Shown piece by piece: positions 1-9,434 of a DNA stretch of 64,000 nucleotides (position 1 is the first letter of the stretch; each line of letters begins with the position of its first letter). The position numbers and the translations under genes are program-made. The DNA is from Patescibacteria group bacterium (lineage in GTDB: Bacteria > Patescibacteriota > JABMPQ01), in NCBI GenBank assembly GCA_041749335.1, contig JBGTBM010000007.1, positions 21,408 to 85,407 of the forward strand, written 5' to 3'. The notes under the pieces are model-generated. The model did no database searches. It saw nothing but the letters and a program-made list of their open reading frames with translations, and was not told the origin of the DNA.

Positions 1-206
1 AAAAAACTCAAAATTCCTGATACTGCAATCAATTTACAAATTTGTTTAAGTTTATGTAAAATTATTTTCATATATTAAATTTAAAATGACCTTATTAATA
101 TAATCTCAAATAACTATGAATATTTCAAGAGCAAAGGTATAATTAAATAAAAGATAGAAATATTTAATTAAAAATATAAAAAAGTAAGAATAAATAATTA
201 AAACAT

Positions 207-1976
207 ATGCGAAAAAAAATAATGGGATTGATCGTAGCTTTTACGGGAATATTTATAAGCGTAAGTGTTTCGGAGGCATCAACCGCGGACATTATACAGC
301 CTGCCGGCGCGACTACTTTTTTTGAATCAATCAGGGTCGGCCTGCCCGGTGTCGGAGGAGTAACTTTTTTTAACGGTTCGGTTTTAAACGAAAGCGGACC
401 TTTTGTAATTGCGGACGAACTTCGTGTGGATGGAGCAATTTTTCGAGTAGAGCGGGGCGGAAGCAACGCGGTAAAAATTGCCGATAGCATTATTCCCGAA
501 AGTAACAATGTTTATGATTTAGGGAGTGCGAGCAATAAGTGGAAATCAATATATGCTGGCTCGGTTACCGTTAATAGTTTGGTTGGCACCGGCATTATTA
601 ACGGTGAAAATATTGCCAGCGGGGCTATTAAAAATACGAATGTGTCTGCTGTCGCCGCGATTGATCCAACAAAAATTAGCGGAACCGCTTTGATTAAGGG
701 AACAAATTTTTCCGGCGATGTAGCCGGCAAGTACAATAATTTGCAAATCGGAGCCGGCAAGATTGGGAATGCAGAAATAGCCAGTGGTGCGGTTACTAAT
801 GCAAAAATTGATAACAATACCATCAAAAATGAAAAAATTAGTTCCAGCGCCAACATTGCTGCCAGCAAAATAGCCGGAATTGCACTGATTCAAACGACAT
901 TATTTGGCGGGGATATTGGCGGAGTATATAATAATATAGAAATAAATGAAAATACCGTTGGAGCTACAGAAATAGCAGACGGCTCAATCACAAATTCGGA
1001 TATTTATAGTGCAGCTGCCATTAATCCCAGTAAGATACTTGGAACGGCGCTAACAAGCGGTACCATGTTTGCTGGCGATGTGAGTGGAACTTATAGTAAT
1101 TTACAAATTGGAGAGGGCGTGGTGGACAGCAGGGAAATTGCTAATTCTTCTATTATTGATCAAGATATTTCAAACGAGGCGGAAATTGACAATGCTAAAA
1201 TATATGGCATTGCTCTTACGCAATCTTTCACTAACTTTGCAGGAGATATTAGCGGGAGCTGGAATAATTTACAGATAGGAAGCGGAAAGGTTGGGTCAGT
1301 GGAAATAGTGGACGGGTCGGTGGCTAATTTAGATTTGGCTGGCGGAATTGCTCCAGCAAAAATTTCCGGGACGGCCTTGATTCAATCCACTACATTTGGC
1401 GGAGATGTTAGCGGTACCTATAATACTTTACAGATAGCCGCTGGCGTGGTAGGTTCCAATGAAATTGCCAATAATTCAATAGTAGATGCCGACATTAACG
1501 CAAGCGCCAATATCGCTGCCAGTAAAATAAATGATGGCATGGGATCCGGACTAGACGCGGATACCGTTGATGGCTTTGATATTGATGCGGAGGTGGGTTT
1601 TATGTATAGACCCAGTTCTTCAACCAGCGACACGGTACTTACTCAAATAACATATAATTCTAAATATTGTCGGATGGTTTATAAATATTTAAATCCGGGG
1701 AATGATACGATCGTTCTAGAAAATGAAACTGGCGGACTAACTTGTGAATATTGGGGTAATTATAATGGAGCATATTTTAGCGGTTCGGTTGCTGCCGGCG
1801 CTTCATCTCCCGCTTTATGTACCGTGGAGACAGGAATAAACAGTTGCCAGCTTGCCTTTGGCCACATGTCGGTTGATAATGGCGGCTATGTTCAATCTTG
1901 GCTTCTTCAAAACGGCACTGGCCATCTGAAAGGTTATTATTTACGCGCGCCGACCGGACCTTATCCGATGGATTGA
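207..1976 (+). CDS. Secreted repeat protein, tail-fibre/adhesin-like: signal peptide, about 8 tandem ~48-aa repeats, C-terminal Cys-containing domain
   Basis: Long ORF. N-terminal hydrophobic signal peptide (MRKKIMGLIVAFTGIFISVSVSEA). Repeat units of the form ISGTALIxxTxFxGDVxGxYNNLQIGxGxVGxxEIAxGSVxN run through most of the protein. An SGLDADTVDGFD motif precedes a C-terminal domain of about 140 aa with 5 Cys. Confidence 0.6.
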   Translation: MRKKIMGLIVAFTGIFISVSVSEASTADIIQPAGATTFFESIRVGLPGVGGVTFFNGSVLNESGPFVIADELRVDGAIFRVERGGSNAVKIADSIIPESNNVYDLGSASNKWKSIYAGSVTVNSLVGTGIINGENIASGAIKNTNVSAVAAIDPTKISGTALIKGTNFSGDVAGKYNNLQIGAGKIGNAEIASGAVTNAKIDNNTIKNEKISSSANIAASKIAGIALIQTTLFGGDIGGVYNNIEINENTVGATEIADGSITNSDIYSAAAINPSKILGTALTSGTMFAGDVSGTYSNLQIGEGVVDSREIANSSIIDQDISNEAEIDNAKIYGIALTQSFTNFAGDISGSWNNLQIGSGKVGSVEIVDGSVANLDLAGGIAPAKISGTALIQSTTFGGDVSGTYNTLQIAAGVVGSNEIANNSIVDADINASANIAASKINDGMGSGLDADTVDGFDIDAEVGFMYRPSSSTSDTVLTQITYNSKYCRMVYKYLNPGNDTIVLENETGGLTCEYWGNYNGAYFSGSVAAGASSPALCTVETGINSCQLAFGHMSVDNGGYVQSWLLQNGTGHLKGYYLRAPTGPYPMD

Positions 1977-2000
1977 TAAGCCTGGTTTTAAAATAATAAA

Positions 2001-2030
2001 AAAGCACTTTTTGTACGAGGTGCTTTTTTT
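2001..2030. terminator. Bidirectional rho-independent terminator between convergent genes
   Basis: AAAGCAC-loop-GTGCTTT hairpin with an A-tract upstream and a T7 run downstream. It lies between the stop at 1976 (+) and the stop at 2035 (-). Confidence 0.5.
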
Positions 2031-2034
2031 ATGA

Positions 2035-3243
2035 TTATTTTTTTAGCGTTATTTTAAGATCTTTGGTTTCAATGCTTTTAAGGGTTACTCCGGAGGGCAG
2101 AGTAATCATGGATGGGTCTATGGAAATGATAAAACTGCCCGCGCCCTTACCGGCTAAATCAATATTGGTAACAACACCGCCGGAAGTCAAATTGTTAATG
2201 ATGGGGGCGCCTCCTTCGACTATTACTTTAATACTGTCGGGGTCGTATGAATTTATTTCTAAATCGGAAGAAATATTTTTAAAATTTATCACCGAATCGA
2301 TCGTGCGGGTGATTAGTTGAGCATCAAGCTGTATGGTTATTTTAATATTTTGGTCTTCAATTTGTGTTACTCCCGCTGGTAATTCCAGCTGTGCGTCATA
2401 TTCCGCATTGGCGTTAATTCCCGAAATATCTATCGCCTGGGTGTTAAGATAACTTATCCCGCTTAGTACTTCTGTTTCGCCCTTTATGGATACGACAGCC
2501 GGGTTGATGCTGGTTTGCGTAATAAAATATCCCGGGGCTGGATTACCGCTTAAATTAGCTTTGATGCCAACGGTCTTTACTTCCTCCTTGGCTCTTATCG
2601 GTATTATCACTTCAATATTTTTTGGATGGATTGTAACCTCGGTAATTTTCTTATTATTAGCATCTCTGGCTTCTAGTTCAATCAGCTTTTTAATTTCTGA
2701 CATTTCATTGGCGATATTAATTGGCGCCACCAATTTTTCTATTTTTTCTAAAGAACTGCCGGCACCTTTTATTTCTGCTTGATTTACGGATAGAATCGCT
2801 TGGTCGGTTTGATAATTTTCGTTAACTTCTCCTGAAATTTCAACTTCAATTTCTTTTTGAATTGATTCCAATGTTTCCAGGGTTATTTTCATTTTTTTTG
2901 GTTCCAGCTCAAGCAAAGTAACGGCGGGATTTTCAAAAGAAACCATGATATCTTTTTCGTATGAGCCTTGCCTTAGCCCCTTTAAATCAATAAATACCTT
3001 GGTATTTTCCAGCAAAGAAGTATTTGAAATGCTGGTAGGAACTCTAACCTTTACTTTAACTTGTCCCAAATTGCTAGTTAAAGCAAGATCCTCGGAAATG
3101 TTATAGGCCTCAACTGGAACTTCGGTATCTAAAAAATCAACTCGATAGCCTTCATTAATAACATAAGTCCATAAGAATATCGCGCTAAAGATAGCCAGCA
3201 CCTTTATCGGCAGATTGTTAGTGAAGAATTCTTTAATAAACAT
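2035..3243 (-). CDS. cdaR: CdaR (YbbR-like domain protein), regulator of diadenylate cyclase
   Basis: N-terminal transmembrane segment followed by repeated beta-rich YbbR-like modules. Start codon abuts the cdaA stop (3243/3244). Conserved cdaA-cdaR gene order. Confidence 0.7.
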   Translation of the reverse strand: MFIKEFFTNNLPIKVLAIFSAIFLWTYVINEGYRVDFLDTEVPVEAYNISEDLALTSNLGQVKVKVRVPTSISNTSLLENTKVFIDLKGLRQGSYEKDIMVSFENPAVTLLELEPKKMKITLETLESIQKEIEVEISGEVNENYQTDQAILSVNQAEIKGAGSSLEKIEKLVAPINIANEMSEIKKLIELEARDANNKKITEVTIHPKNIEVIIPIRAKEEVKTVGIKANLSGNPAPGYFITQTSINPAVVSIKGETEVLSGISYLNTQAIDISGINANAEYDAQLELPAGVTQIEDQNIKITIQLDAQLITRTIDSVINFKNISSDLEINSYDPDSIKVIVEGGAPIINNLTSGGVVTNIDLAGKGAGSFIISIDPSMITLPSGVTLKSIETKDLKITLKK

Positions 3244-4059
3244 TTATGCTTTTAATGAATCAATTAAAAATTTTTCTAATGTCTCAACGGTTAAATTTTC
3301 TTTTAATTTACCATTTTTGCTAACTGAAATTATTCCTCTTTCCTCGGAAATTATTATGGATATCGCATCCGTTTCTTCGGTGATTCCAATTGCGGCTCGG
3401 TGGCGGGTGCCATGGGTATAGGAATAATCTCCTTCTGATAGTGGCAACATACAGCCGGCCGCTAATACTTCATTTTTATGAATAATTACCGCTCCGTCAT
3501 GCAGCGGAGAGTTGGGATAAAATAAATTCAATAGCAATTCGCTGGATAATTTGCCATTAATTCTGGTACCGGTTTCGATATATTCCTCCAGTCCGGTGTT
3601 TTGCATAATAACAATCAGCGCCCCAACTTTATTTTTTTGGAATATTTTTATTGCTTTAATCAATTCGTTAACCAATTTACCAAAAGTTTTAGAACTTAGG
3701 CCCCTCTTAAGGAGTTCCGCCCGACCTAATTTTTCTAAAGCACGCCTTAATTCCGGTTGAAATACTATCGGAATCGCAACGATGATAAAGGTGGTTATGT
3801 GGCGTTGTGCCCAATTTAGCGTTTGTAAATTCAACAATCTTCCCAGCAGTAAAATAATGATTAAAACTATCGCGCCATAAATTATTTTGGTTGCCTTCGT
3901 GCCCTTAATAAAAAGAAAGACATAATAAATTATACCTGCCACAATCGCGATATCCAAAAAAGTTAAAATATAATCTAAAAACCCAAAATTTGCAAGATAA
4001 GCATTAATTCCGCTAATTATAGAAGATAATAAAGATGGGCTTGAAATTGAATTATTCAT
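3244..4059 (-). CDS. cdaA: Diadenylate cyclase CdaA (DisA_N/DAC domain, 3 N-terminal TM helices)
   Basis: DGA and RHRAA motifs are present (LHDGAVIIHKNEVLAAGC...THGTRHRAAIGITEETDAISIIISEERG). The N-terminus is hydrophobic. Confidence 0.9.
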   Translation of the reverse strand: MNNSISSPSLLSSIISGINAYLANFGFLDYILTFLDIAIVAGIIYYVFLFIKGTKATKIIYGAIVLIIILLLGRLLNLQTLNWAQRHITTFIIVAIPIVFQPELRRALEKLGRAELLKRGLSSKTFGKLVNELIKAIKIFQKNKVGALIVIMQNTGLEEYIETGTRINGKLSSELLLNLFYPNSPLHDGAVIIHKNEVLAAGCMLPLSEGDYSYTHGTRHRAAIGITEETDAISIIISEERGIISVSKNGKLKENLTVETLEKFLIDSLKA

Positions 4060-4095
4060 ATTTTAATTATACAGGCATTCAACAAATTTGAAAAT

Positions 4096-5076
4096 TTATA
4101 ATATTTTCCACCGCCCTTGAGTATTTATTAATTTGCCGTGAATACTAAAACCTGCTGCTTTTTTGTGGCCTCCGCCGCCAAACAAAGCGGCGATTTTAGA
4201 TACATCAATATTGTCATGAAGTGTGCGAAAACTGCCCTTTATTTCATTCTTATCTCTTTCCGAAAGCACTAAAGAGGCTTTGGCTTCAGGGATGCTATTA
4301 AGAAAATTAGCTACTCCCTCCAGATCTTCATATACTGCGCTGCATTTATTAAGGTCTTCTCTAGTTATTATAGTAGAAATAATACCAAATTTATTGTTTT
4401 TGGATAAGCGAGCTAGAGCCAAACCCCACAGCTTTAAGGCGGAGAGGGATTTATCTTTGAGGTTATAGCGGGTAATCGCTTTTAAATTTGCTCCTCGAGA
4501 TAGCAAATAGGATGTAATTCGTAGCGTGCGTATTGATGTATTGGGATTTTTAAAGCTATCGGTGTCGACAAATATTCCATTTAAAATGCAGGTAGCAATA
4601 TCTGAGGTAATTTTTATTTTAATATCTTTGAGCAGGTTGAAAATTATTTCACAAACAGAAGAAATATTGGATTCTATATAATTTACATTGCCGTATCTGG
4701 GATTATCGTGGTGATGGTCAATATTAATAATAAGAGGCAGTTTATCTTTTTGAAAATAATTATTTAAACCGGTTAGCTCGTAAGTGGCTGAATCGAGTGT
4801 GATAATTATTTCCACATTCTTTTGCGATTTTGCATAATTTGATAATTCTATAATTTTATCAGATTCAGGCAATATATTAAAGCGCTGGGAAATTGCATCA
4901 TCACAGGCAAGAATTGTATTTTTGCCTAATTTTTTTAAAGCCAAGCGTAAGGCTAGCATGCTGCCGATAGCGTCGCCATCGGGTTTTTTGTGTCCGATAA
5001 TCAGAAAATTATTATATTTTTTTAAAAAATATAAAATTCGATTGTAAAGGATTGTTCGTTCGGAAAAAAAAATCAT
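4096..5076 (-). CDS. nrnA: DHH/DHHA1 phosphoesterase (NrnA/DhhP-like), a candidate c-di-AMP/pApA phosphodiesterase
   Basis: Motifs HKKPDGDAIGS, NIDHHHDN and GGGGHKKAAGFS place it in the DHH-DHHA1 family. It abuts rbfA (5076/5077) and lies upstream of cdaA on the same strand. Confidence 0.8.
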   Translation of the reverse strand: MIFFSERTILYNRILYFLKKYNNFLIIGHKKPDGDAIGSMLALRLALKKLGKNTILACDDAISQRFNILPESDKIIELSNYAKSQKNVEIIITLDSATYELTGLNNYFQKDKLPLIINIDHHHDNPRYGNVNYIESNISSVCEIIFNLLKDIKIKITSDIATCILNGIFVDTDSFKNPNTSIRTLRITSYLLSRGANLKAITRYNLKDKSLSALKLWGLALARLSKNNKFGIISTIITREDLNKCSAVYEDLEGVANFLNSIPEAKASLVLSERDKNEIKGSFRTLHDNIDVSKIAALFGGGGHKKAAGFSIHGKLINTQGRWKIL

Positions 5077-5424
5077 CTATTTTTTATTTTTTTCTATCAA
5101 TTCGGCCATTCTGTGAATTTTATCCTGGGTTTTATCCTGGTCAAATCTAATTTGCGGAACGAAACTCATTACCAGCTTCTTATTTAAAATTTTCTGAATA
5201 TAGGCGATTCTATGATTAAGCAGCTTAAAAATTACAGCTGTTTTAATTTTAGGTAAAATACTGATATAAATTTTAGCATGCTTTATATCTATTGAAGTTT
5301 CTACTGAAATTACTGTCACTAAAACACCCTTGGGCAGATCAATTTCAGAATTTATTATTTTGGCTACCTCTTCTTGAATTAAACTGCTAACTTTTTTTAA
5401 TCGATGATTATAATTTTTTAACAT
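5077..5424 (-). CDS. rbfA: Ribosome-binding factor A
   Basis: Protein of about 115 aa directly downstream of infB on the same strand. RbfA-like KH fold sequence (canonical infB-rbfA order). Confidence 0.8.
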   Translation of the reverse strand: MLKNYNHRLKKVSSLIQEEVAKIINSEIDLPKGVLVTVISVETSIDIKHAKIYISILPKIKTAVIFKLLNHRIAYIQKILNKKLVMSFVPQIRFDQDKTQDKIHRMAELIEKNKK

Positions 5425-5430
5425 ATCCGA

Positions 5431-7221
5431 CTATAATGATTTTTTGATAACTTCTTCTTTCCAAGTTTCTAATTTGTCTCCCGGTTTGATTTTGGCTTGT
5501 CCGGAAAAAACCATTCCGCATTCATTGCCCTGGCTCACCTCGCTGACATCCACCTTGCCTTCCTGTAAACTAATTATTTGGCCTTGTCCGATTTCTTTAT
5601 CTTCGCGCAATATTCTGGCATGAGAATTATTTTCTAAATGCTTGCTGGCTACGCGGCCGCCGATAATCATTTTGCCTTTTTCGGTGCGAAATACTTTTAG
5701 TACTTCTAGTGTTCCCAAATCTTTAATCTTAATTTCCGGTTCAATCATTGCTTCAAGTTTGGATTTGATATCATTAATTAAATCGTAAATTACGTTATAA
5801 TTTTTAATTTCAACTTTCTGATCTTCTGCCATTCTTTTTGCTACTGTGGTAGGTTCAGAATTAAATCCGGCGATCAAGGCGGAAGCGGAAGCGGCCATCA
5901 TCACATCCGACTCCGTGATTTTACCTGCTCCGTAGTTTATTACATTGGCTTTGACTTGGTCTGATTTAATTTTTGCCAAAGACTGCAAGATTGCTTCAAC
6001 CGATCCTTGTACATCCGCTTTCAATATAATATTTAATTTAATAATTTTCTTATTCTCATCACTCTCTACCGTTTTAACCATTTGCGGCTGAGATATTTTT
6101 TTCAGTTTAGAAATTTTTTGTTTAGCTTTTTCAATTGATTCTTCTGCAAATAAGATATCGCCAACATCGGGTACATTTTCCAGGCCTAAAATTTTGACCG
6201 GAGTGGAGGGTTTGGCATGATTTACTCTTTTACCAAGATAATTTTCCATCAGTTTTATTTTTCCCAGAATGGGACCGACAGTAACGATATCGCCTAAAGC
6301 CAAGGTTCCATTCTGCACTAAAATAGTAGCCTCAACGCCCCTTTTTGAGTCCTTATCAGATTCAATAATAGTACCGATTGCTTTTGCCTTGGGATTTGCT
6401 TTTAGGCTATCCATTTCAGCTACCAATAAAACCATATCTAAAAGTTCATCAATGTTAATATTTTGTTTAGCGGATATATTAACAAAAATTGTGTCTCCAC
6501 CCCATTCCTCCGGCATTACGCCCTTATCGGCAAGTTGTTTCTTAACTTTTTCCGGGTCGGCGTCAGGTTTATCAATTTTATTAATGGCAACGATCAAAGG
6601 AATCCCGGCATTTTTAATATGTTTAAGAGCTTCTAGCGTTTGCGGCTTAACTCCGTCATCTGCCGCTACAATTAAAATCGCGATGTCGGTAACTTTGGCG
6701 CCTCTTTCGCGCATAGCAGCGAATGCTTCATGTCCGGGGGTATCGAGAAAAGTAATTAACTTTCCCTTTTTACGCACTTGATAGGCGCCGATGTGTTGTG
6801 TAATGCCTCCCGCTTCTTGATCGATAACGTGGGTTTCTCTAATCGTGTCTAATAGTTTGGTTTTACCATGATCAACGTGGCCCATTACTGCTACAACCGG
6901 CGGCCGATCTTTTAAGTCATCTTTATTTGTTTCTTTAAATTCTTCGATTAATTTTTTTCGCAAGCCTTGCTCCTTCGTTATTTCTGATTCATCTCTTTCT
7001 TTAGTCACAAGATAGCCTAAATCTTGGGCGATTAAAGAGGCGGTATCAAAATCAATCTCTTCATTAATTGAAGCCATTATTCCATTATTTATTAAAATCG
7101 TAATAATTTCTGCCGGAGTCATTTTTAATAGGTCAGAAAAATTTTTTACTGATATAGAGGCCGGTATGGCGATGCTGTCCTTTTTTACAGGCGTAGCATC
7201 GTTTTGTTCTTGAGTAGTCAT
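5431..7221 (-). CDS. infB: Translation initiation factor IF-2
   Basis: GTPase G-domain (VMGHVDHGKTKLLD, DTPGHEAF, NKIDK). IF-2 C-terminal beta-barrel domains. Confidence 0.95.
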   Translation of the reverse strand: MTTQEQNDATPVKKDSIAIPASISVKNFSDLLKMTPAEIITILINNGIMASINEEIDFDTASLIAQDLGYLVTKERDESEITKEQGLRKKLIEEFKETNKDDLKDRPPVVAVMGHVDHGKTKLLDTIRETHVIDQEAGGITQHIGAYQVRKKGKLITFLDTPGHEAFAAMRERGAKVTDIAILIVAADDGVKPQTLEALKHIKNAGIPLIVAINKIDKPDADPEKVKKQLADKGVMPEEWGGDTIFVNISAKQNINIDELLDMVLLVAEMDSLKANPKAKAIGTIIESDKDSKRGVEATILVQNGTLALGDIVTVGPILGKIKLMENYLGKRVNHAKPSTPVKILGLENVPDVGDILFAEESIEKAKQKISKLKKISQPQMVKTVESDENKKIIKLNIILKADVQGSVEAILQSLAKIKSDQVKANVINYGAGKITESDVMMAASASALIAGFNSEPTTVAKRMAEDQKVEIKNYNVIYDLINDIKSKLEAMIEPEIKIKDLGTLEVLKVFRTEKGKMIIGGRVASKHLENNSHARILREDKEIGQGQIISLQEGKVDVSEVSQGNECGMVFSGQAKIKPGDKLETWKEEVIKKSL

Positions 7222-7373
7222 ATTAAAAAAAGTTAAATAAATATATGCTTATCTTATAGAAAAATAATTTAACTGTCAAAGAAAATGGCAATAACAAGGT
7301 AAAGATCAAAAAATATATTTATTTTAAAGATTTTATATAATATGATTTAATTAGAATAAATAATATAACAAAT

Positions 7374-7814
7374 ATGAGATCAAGAGAAAATTTTAGCCTG
7401 GAGCCAAGCGGACAAGAGCGGGAAATAACCCAGAAGGTAAAAGAAAATCCCAAGGCATATGTTGAGGATCAGATTAGGATGGAAATGGAACAGCGCTTTG
7501 ACGGAATGAGCGCTAGTGATTTGGTAAAATATGGAGAAAGAGGTTCAAAGGAAAGAATGAATATGATCGAAAACTTTATAAACTATTACGATCTTACAGT
7601 TAAAGAAGCAGAAAAAATAGCACAGGAAAAGCTACACCCTTCCTTTTATTCTGTAATGCAAAAGACCGAGTTGATTGGAAGCGTATTGGAGAAGGTGATC
7701 AAAACAGCCGCACAGCGCGAAAAACTAGAAGAGGATAGAGTCAATAAAGAGAAATCAGCAGCATTTAAAGGCAGAAGTAAACGTCCTCCTGAGACGTTGC
7801 ATTATGGAGATTAA
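7374..7814 (+). CDS. Hypothetical protein (charged, helical; no recognisable domain)
   Basis: ORF of 146 aa. Coding-like composition, somewhat GC-richer than its neighbours. Confidence 0.45.
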   Translation: MRSRENFSLEPSGQEREITQKVKENPKAYVEDQIRMEMEQRFDGMSASDLVKYGERGSKERMNMIENFINYYDLTVKEAEKIAQEKLHPSFYSVMQKTELIGSVLEKVIKTAAQREKLEEDRVNKEKSAAFKGRSKRPPETLHYGD

Positions 7815-7817
7815 TGA

Positions 7818-8666
7818 CTAAAAGTGCCTGTTTTTGCCTAAAAGCGCCTTGAAGTATTTCATTTTTATGGTAACTTCGATGGGAGTTTTTACTTTGACAA
7901 TATTATCCAGGTGGGCGAAAATTTTATCTTTGGTGTTGATGGTGATATTTTTCGTTGTAAAAAAACTTATATCTGAGAAAGAATCGGTCTCTTTTTGCAA
8001 GTTGTTAGATATTAAAAGGTTGGCTAAGCCGTCATAAGGGCTTATTTTTTTTAAATTTATCCCTTGATTATTGAGCTGTTTTTTCCAGTAATCATTATAA
8101 ATATTGATAATATCTATTTTTTCAGCCGTAGAGGTTAATTTAAAATTTTGCAAAACCAATTGAATTTCTGCCAATTGAATTTCGCCGCCTTTTATAAATA
8201 TATTTTTTATTTTATCAAACGTCCCTTTGTTTTTTAAAGTAGATTGTTGAATACTGAGCGAAGTTAAAAAATAGTCTTTATTGGCCTTACCGATATCAAT
8301 TTTATCAATTTTGCGCCGAGAGATCATGCTGCAGGCATCTTCAATATTAGTGGGAAATCCCAGGCAGTCGGCTATATCAGATGTTTCAAAAGGGATAATG
8401 CCGAACGCCGGCGTATTCTCTTGGTTGGGGTGTTTACAGATTGCATTAATAACTTTGCTAGCGGTGCTGTCATTGCCAACCGCAACAATTTGCTCAATAT
8501 TTCTATTTGAAAGAACATCGCGTACGATGTCCTCAATGGGTCTAACTTTCGTTACTTGTATTTTATCATCAAATATTCCCAGATCATTCAATTGCATGCT
8601 CATGCGATGATAAATTCTGGCATATCTTTTTTCCTTGATAAAATTATCAATGATATAAAAATACAT
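7818..8666 (-). CDS. Diacylglycerol-kinase catalytic-domain family lipid kinase (YegS/BmrU-like), possibly divergent
   Basis: The segment IVAVGNDSTASKVINA aligns to the DAGK_cat GGDGT motif region. N-terminal FYIIDNF resembles the iiNP motif. Length is appropriate. Confidence 0.5.
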   Translation of the reverse strand: MYFYIIDNFIKEKRYARIYHRMSMQLNDLGIFDDKIQVTKVRPIEDIVRDVLSNRNIEQIVAVGNDSTASKVINAICKHPNQENTPAFGIIPFETSDIADCLGFPTNIEDACSMISRRKIDKIDIGKANKDYFLTSLSIQQSTLKNKGTFDKIKNIFIKGGEIQLAEIQLVLQNFKLTSTAEKIDIINIYNDYWKKQLNNQGINLKKISPYDGLANLLISNNLQKETDSFSDISFFTTKNITINTKDKIFAHLDNIVKVKTPIEVTIKMKYFKALLGKNRHF

Positions 8667-8683
8667 TATAGTTAGAATTATTC

Positions 8684-9100
8684 TTATTCTTCAGTTGCCT
8701 TTTCGTTTTTCTTTTTTGCGGCAGATTCGGCATTGTCTTGCATATTGCTTTGTCCGGAAAATAAAGCGCCTGGCGCAATCGATAGCATTTGGCTGGAGAT
8801 ATCGCCAATTACCTTTCCATTTTCAATTATTTCCAATTTTTGCGAGGAATTGATATTTCCTTCAACCAAGCCGGCGATTGAAATATTTGCTGCGTTAATT
8901 TCCGCTTTAATTTTAGCGGAATCTCCCACTAATAAATTACCTTTTGTTTCAATTTTGCCGGAAACGTTGCCATAAATGCTAATATTTCCCTCTCCGATTA
9001 AATTTCCTTCTAATTTTACTGAAGGTCCAATAATAGTTTCAACGTCTTGATCCTGAATATTTTCCGCGTTATCGTAATTTTCCTGATTATTTTTAAACAT
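8684..9100 (-). CDS. Bactofilin family cytoskeletal protein
   Basis: Beta-helical repeat pattern of G-x-V/I-x-G-x-I (GNISIYGNVSGKIETKGNLLVGDSAKIKAEINAANISIAGLVEGNI...). Acidic tails. Confidence 0.7.
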   Translation of the reverse strand: MFKNNQENYDNAENIQDQDVETIIGPSVKLEGNLIGEGNISIYGNVSGKIETKGNLLVGDSAKIKAEINAANISIAGLVEGNINSSQKLEIIENGKVIGDISSQMLSIAPGALFSGQSNMQDNAESAAKKKNEKATEE

Positions 9101-9105
9101 ATTTT

Positions 9106-9378
9106 TTATTTCTGATTAGTGGTGGGTTTTTCCTCTTTATTTCCTTTTTTATTCTTTTTTTCGGCCGCTTGCTTTTTTTGCTGGAGCTTTTTATCTTCTT
9201 TGGTTTTAATTTCAATCACTTGTTTACCCTTATAGTATCCGCAATATGAGCATACATGATGGGGAACAATAGGTTTTTTGCAATTAGGACATTTTGATAA
9301 TACGGGTTTTTTCAAAGCATGGTGGCTTCGCCTTTGATTTTTTGCAGATTTAGTTGTCTTCTTTTTTGGTACTGGCAT
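9106..9378 (-). CDS. rpmF: 50S ribosomal protein L32 with Lys-rich C-terminal extension
   Basis: N-terminus MPVPKKKTTKSAKNQRRSHHAL and the zinc-ribbon CPNC...CSYCGYYKGKQV match bL32. About 30 extra K/E-rich residues follow. Confidence 0.75.
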   Translation of the reverse strand: MPVPKKKTTKSAKNQRRSHHALKKPVLSKCPNCKKPIVPHHVCSYCGYYKGKQVIEIKTKEDKKLQQKKQAAEKKNKKGNKEEKPTTNQK

Positions 9379-9434
9379 GAAATTAAAATTAAAAATTAAA
9401 TATTCTAATAATTAGGATAAATATAGAGGAAAAA

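Noticed and set aside
164-893. Minus-strand ORFs 164-508, 512-868 and 546-893 overlapping the 5' part of the repeat-protein gene.
   Set aside because: They are antisense to a strongly periodic coding repeat. They are hydrophobic and low-complexity translations with no start context, and so are shadow ORFs.
6269-6781. A 170-aa plus-strand ORF inside infB. Similar antisense ORFs lie inside gyrA (10336-10707, 11185-11606), ftsH, copA and smc.
   Set aside because: Each is fully contained in and antisense to a conserved housekeeping gene with unambiguous motifs. These are typical shadow ORFs.
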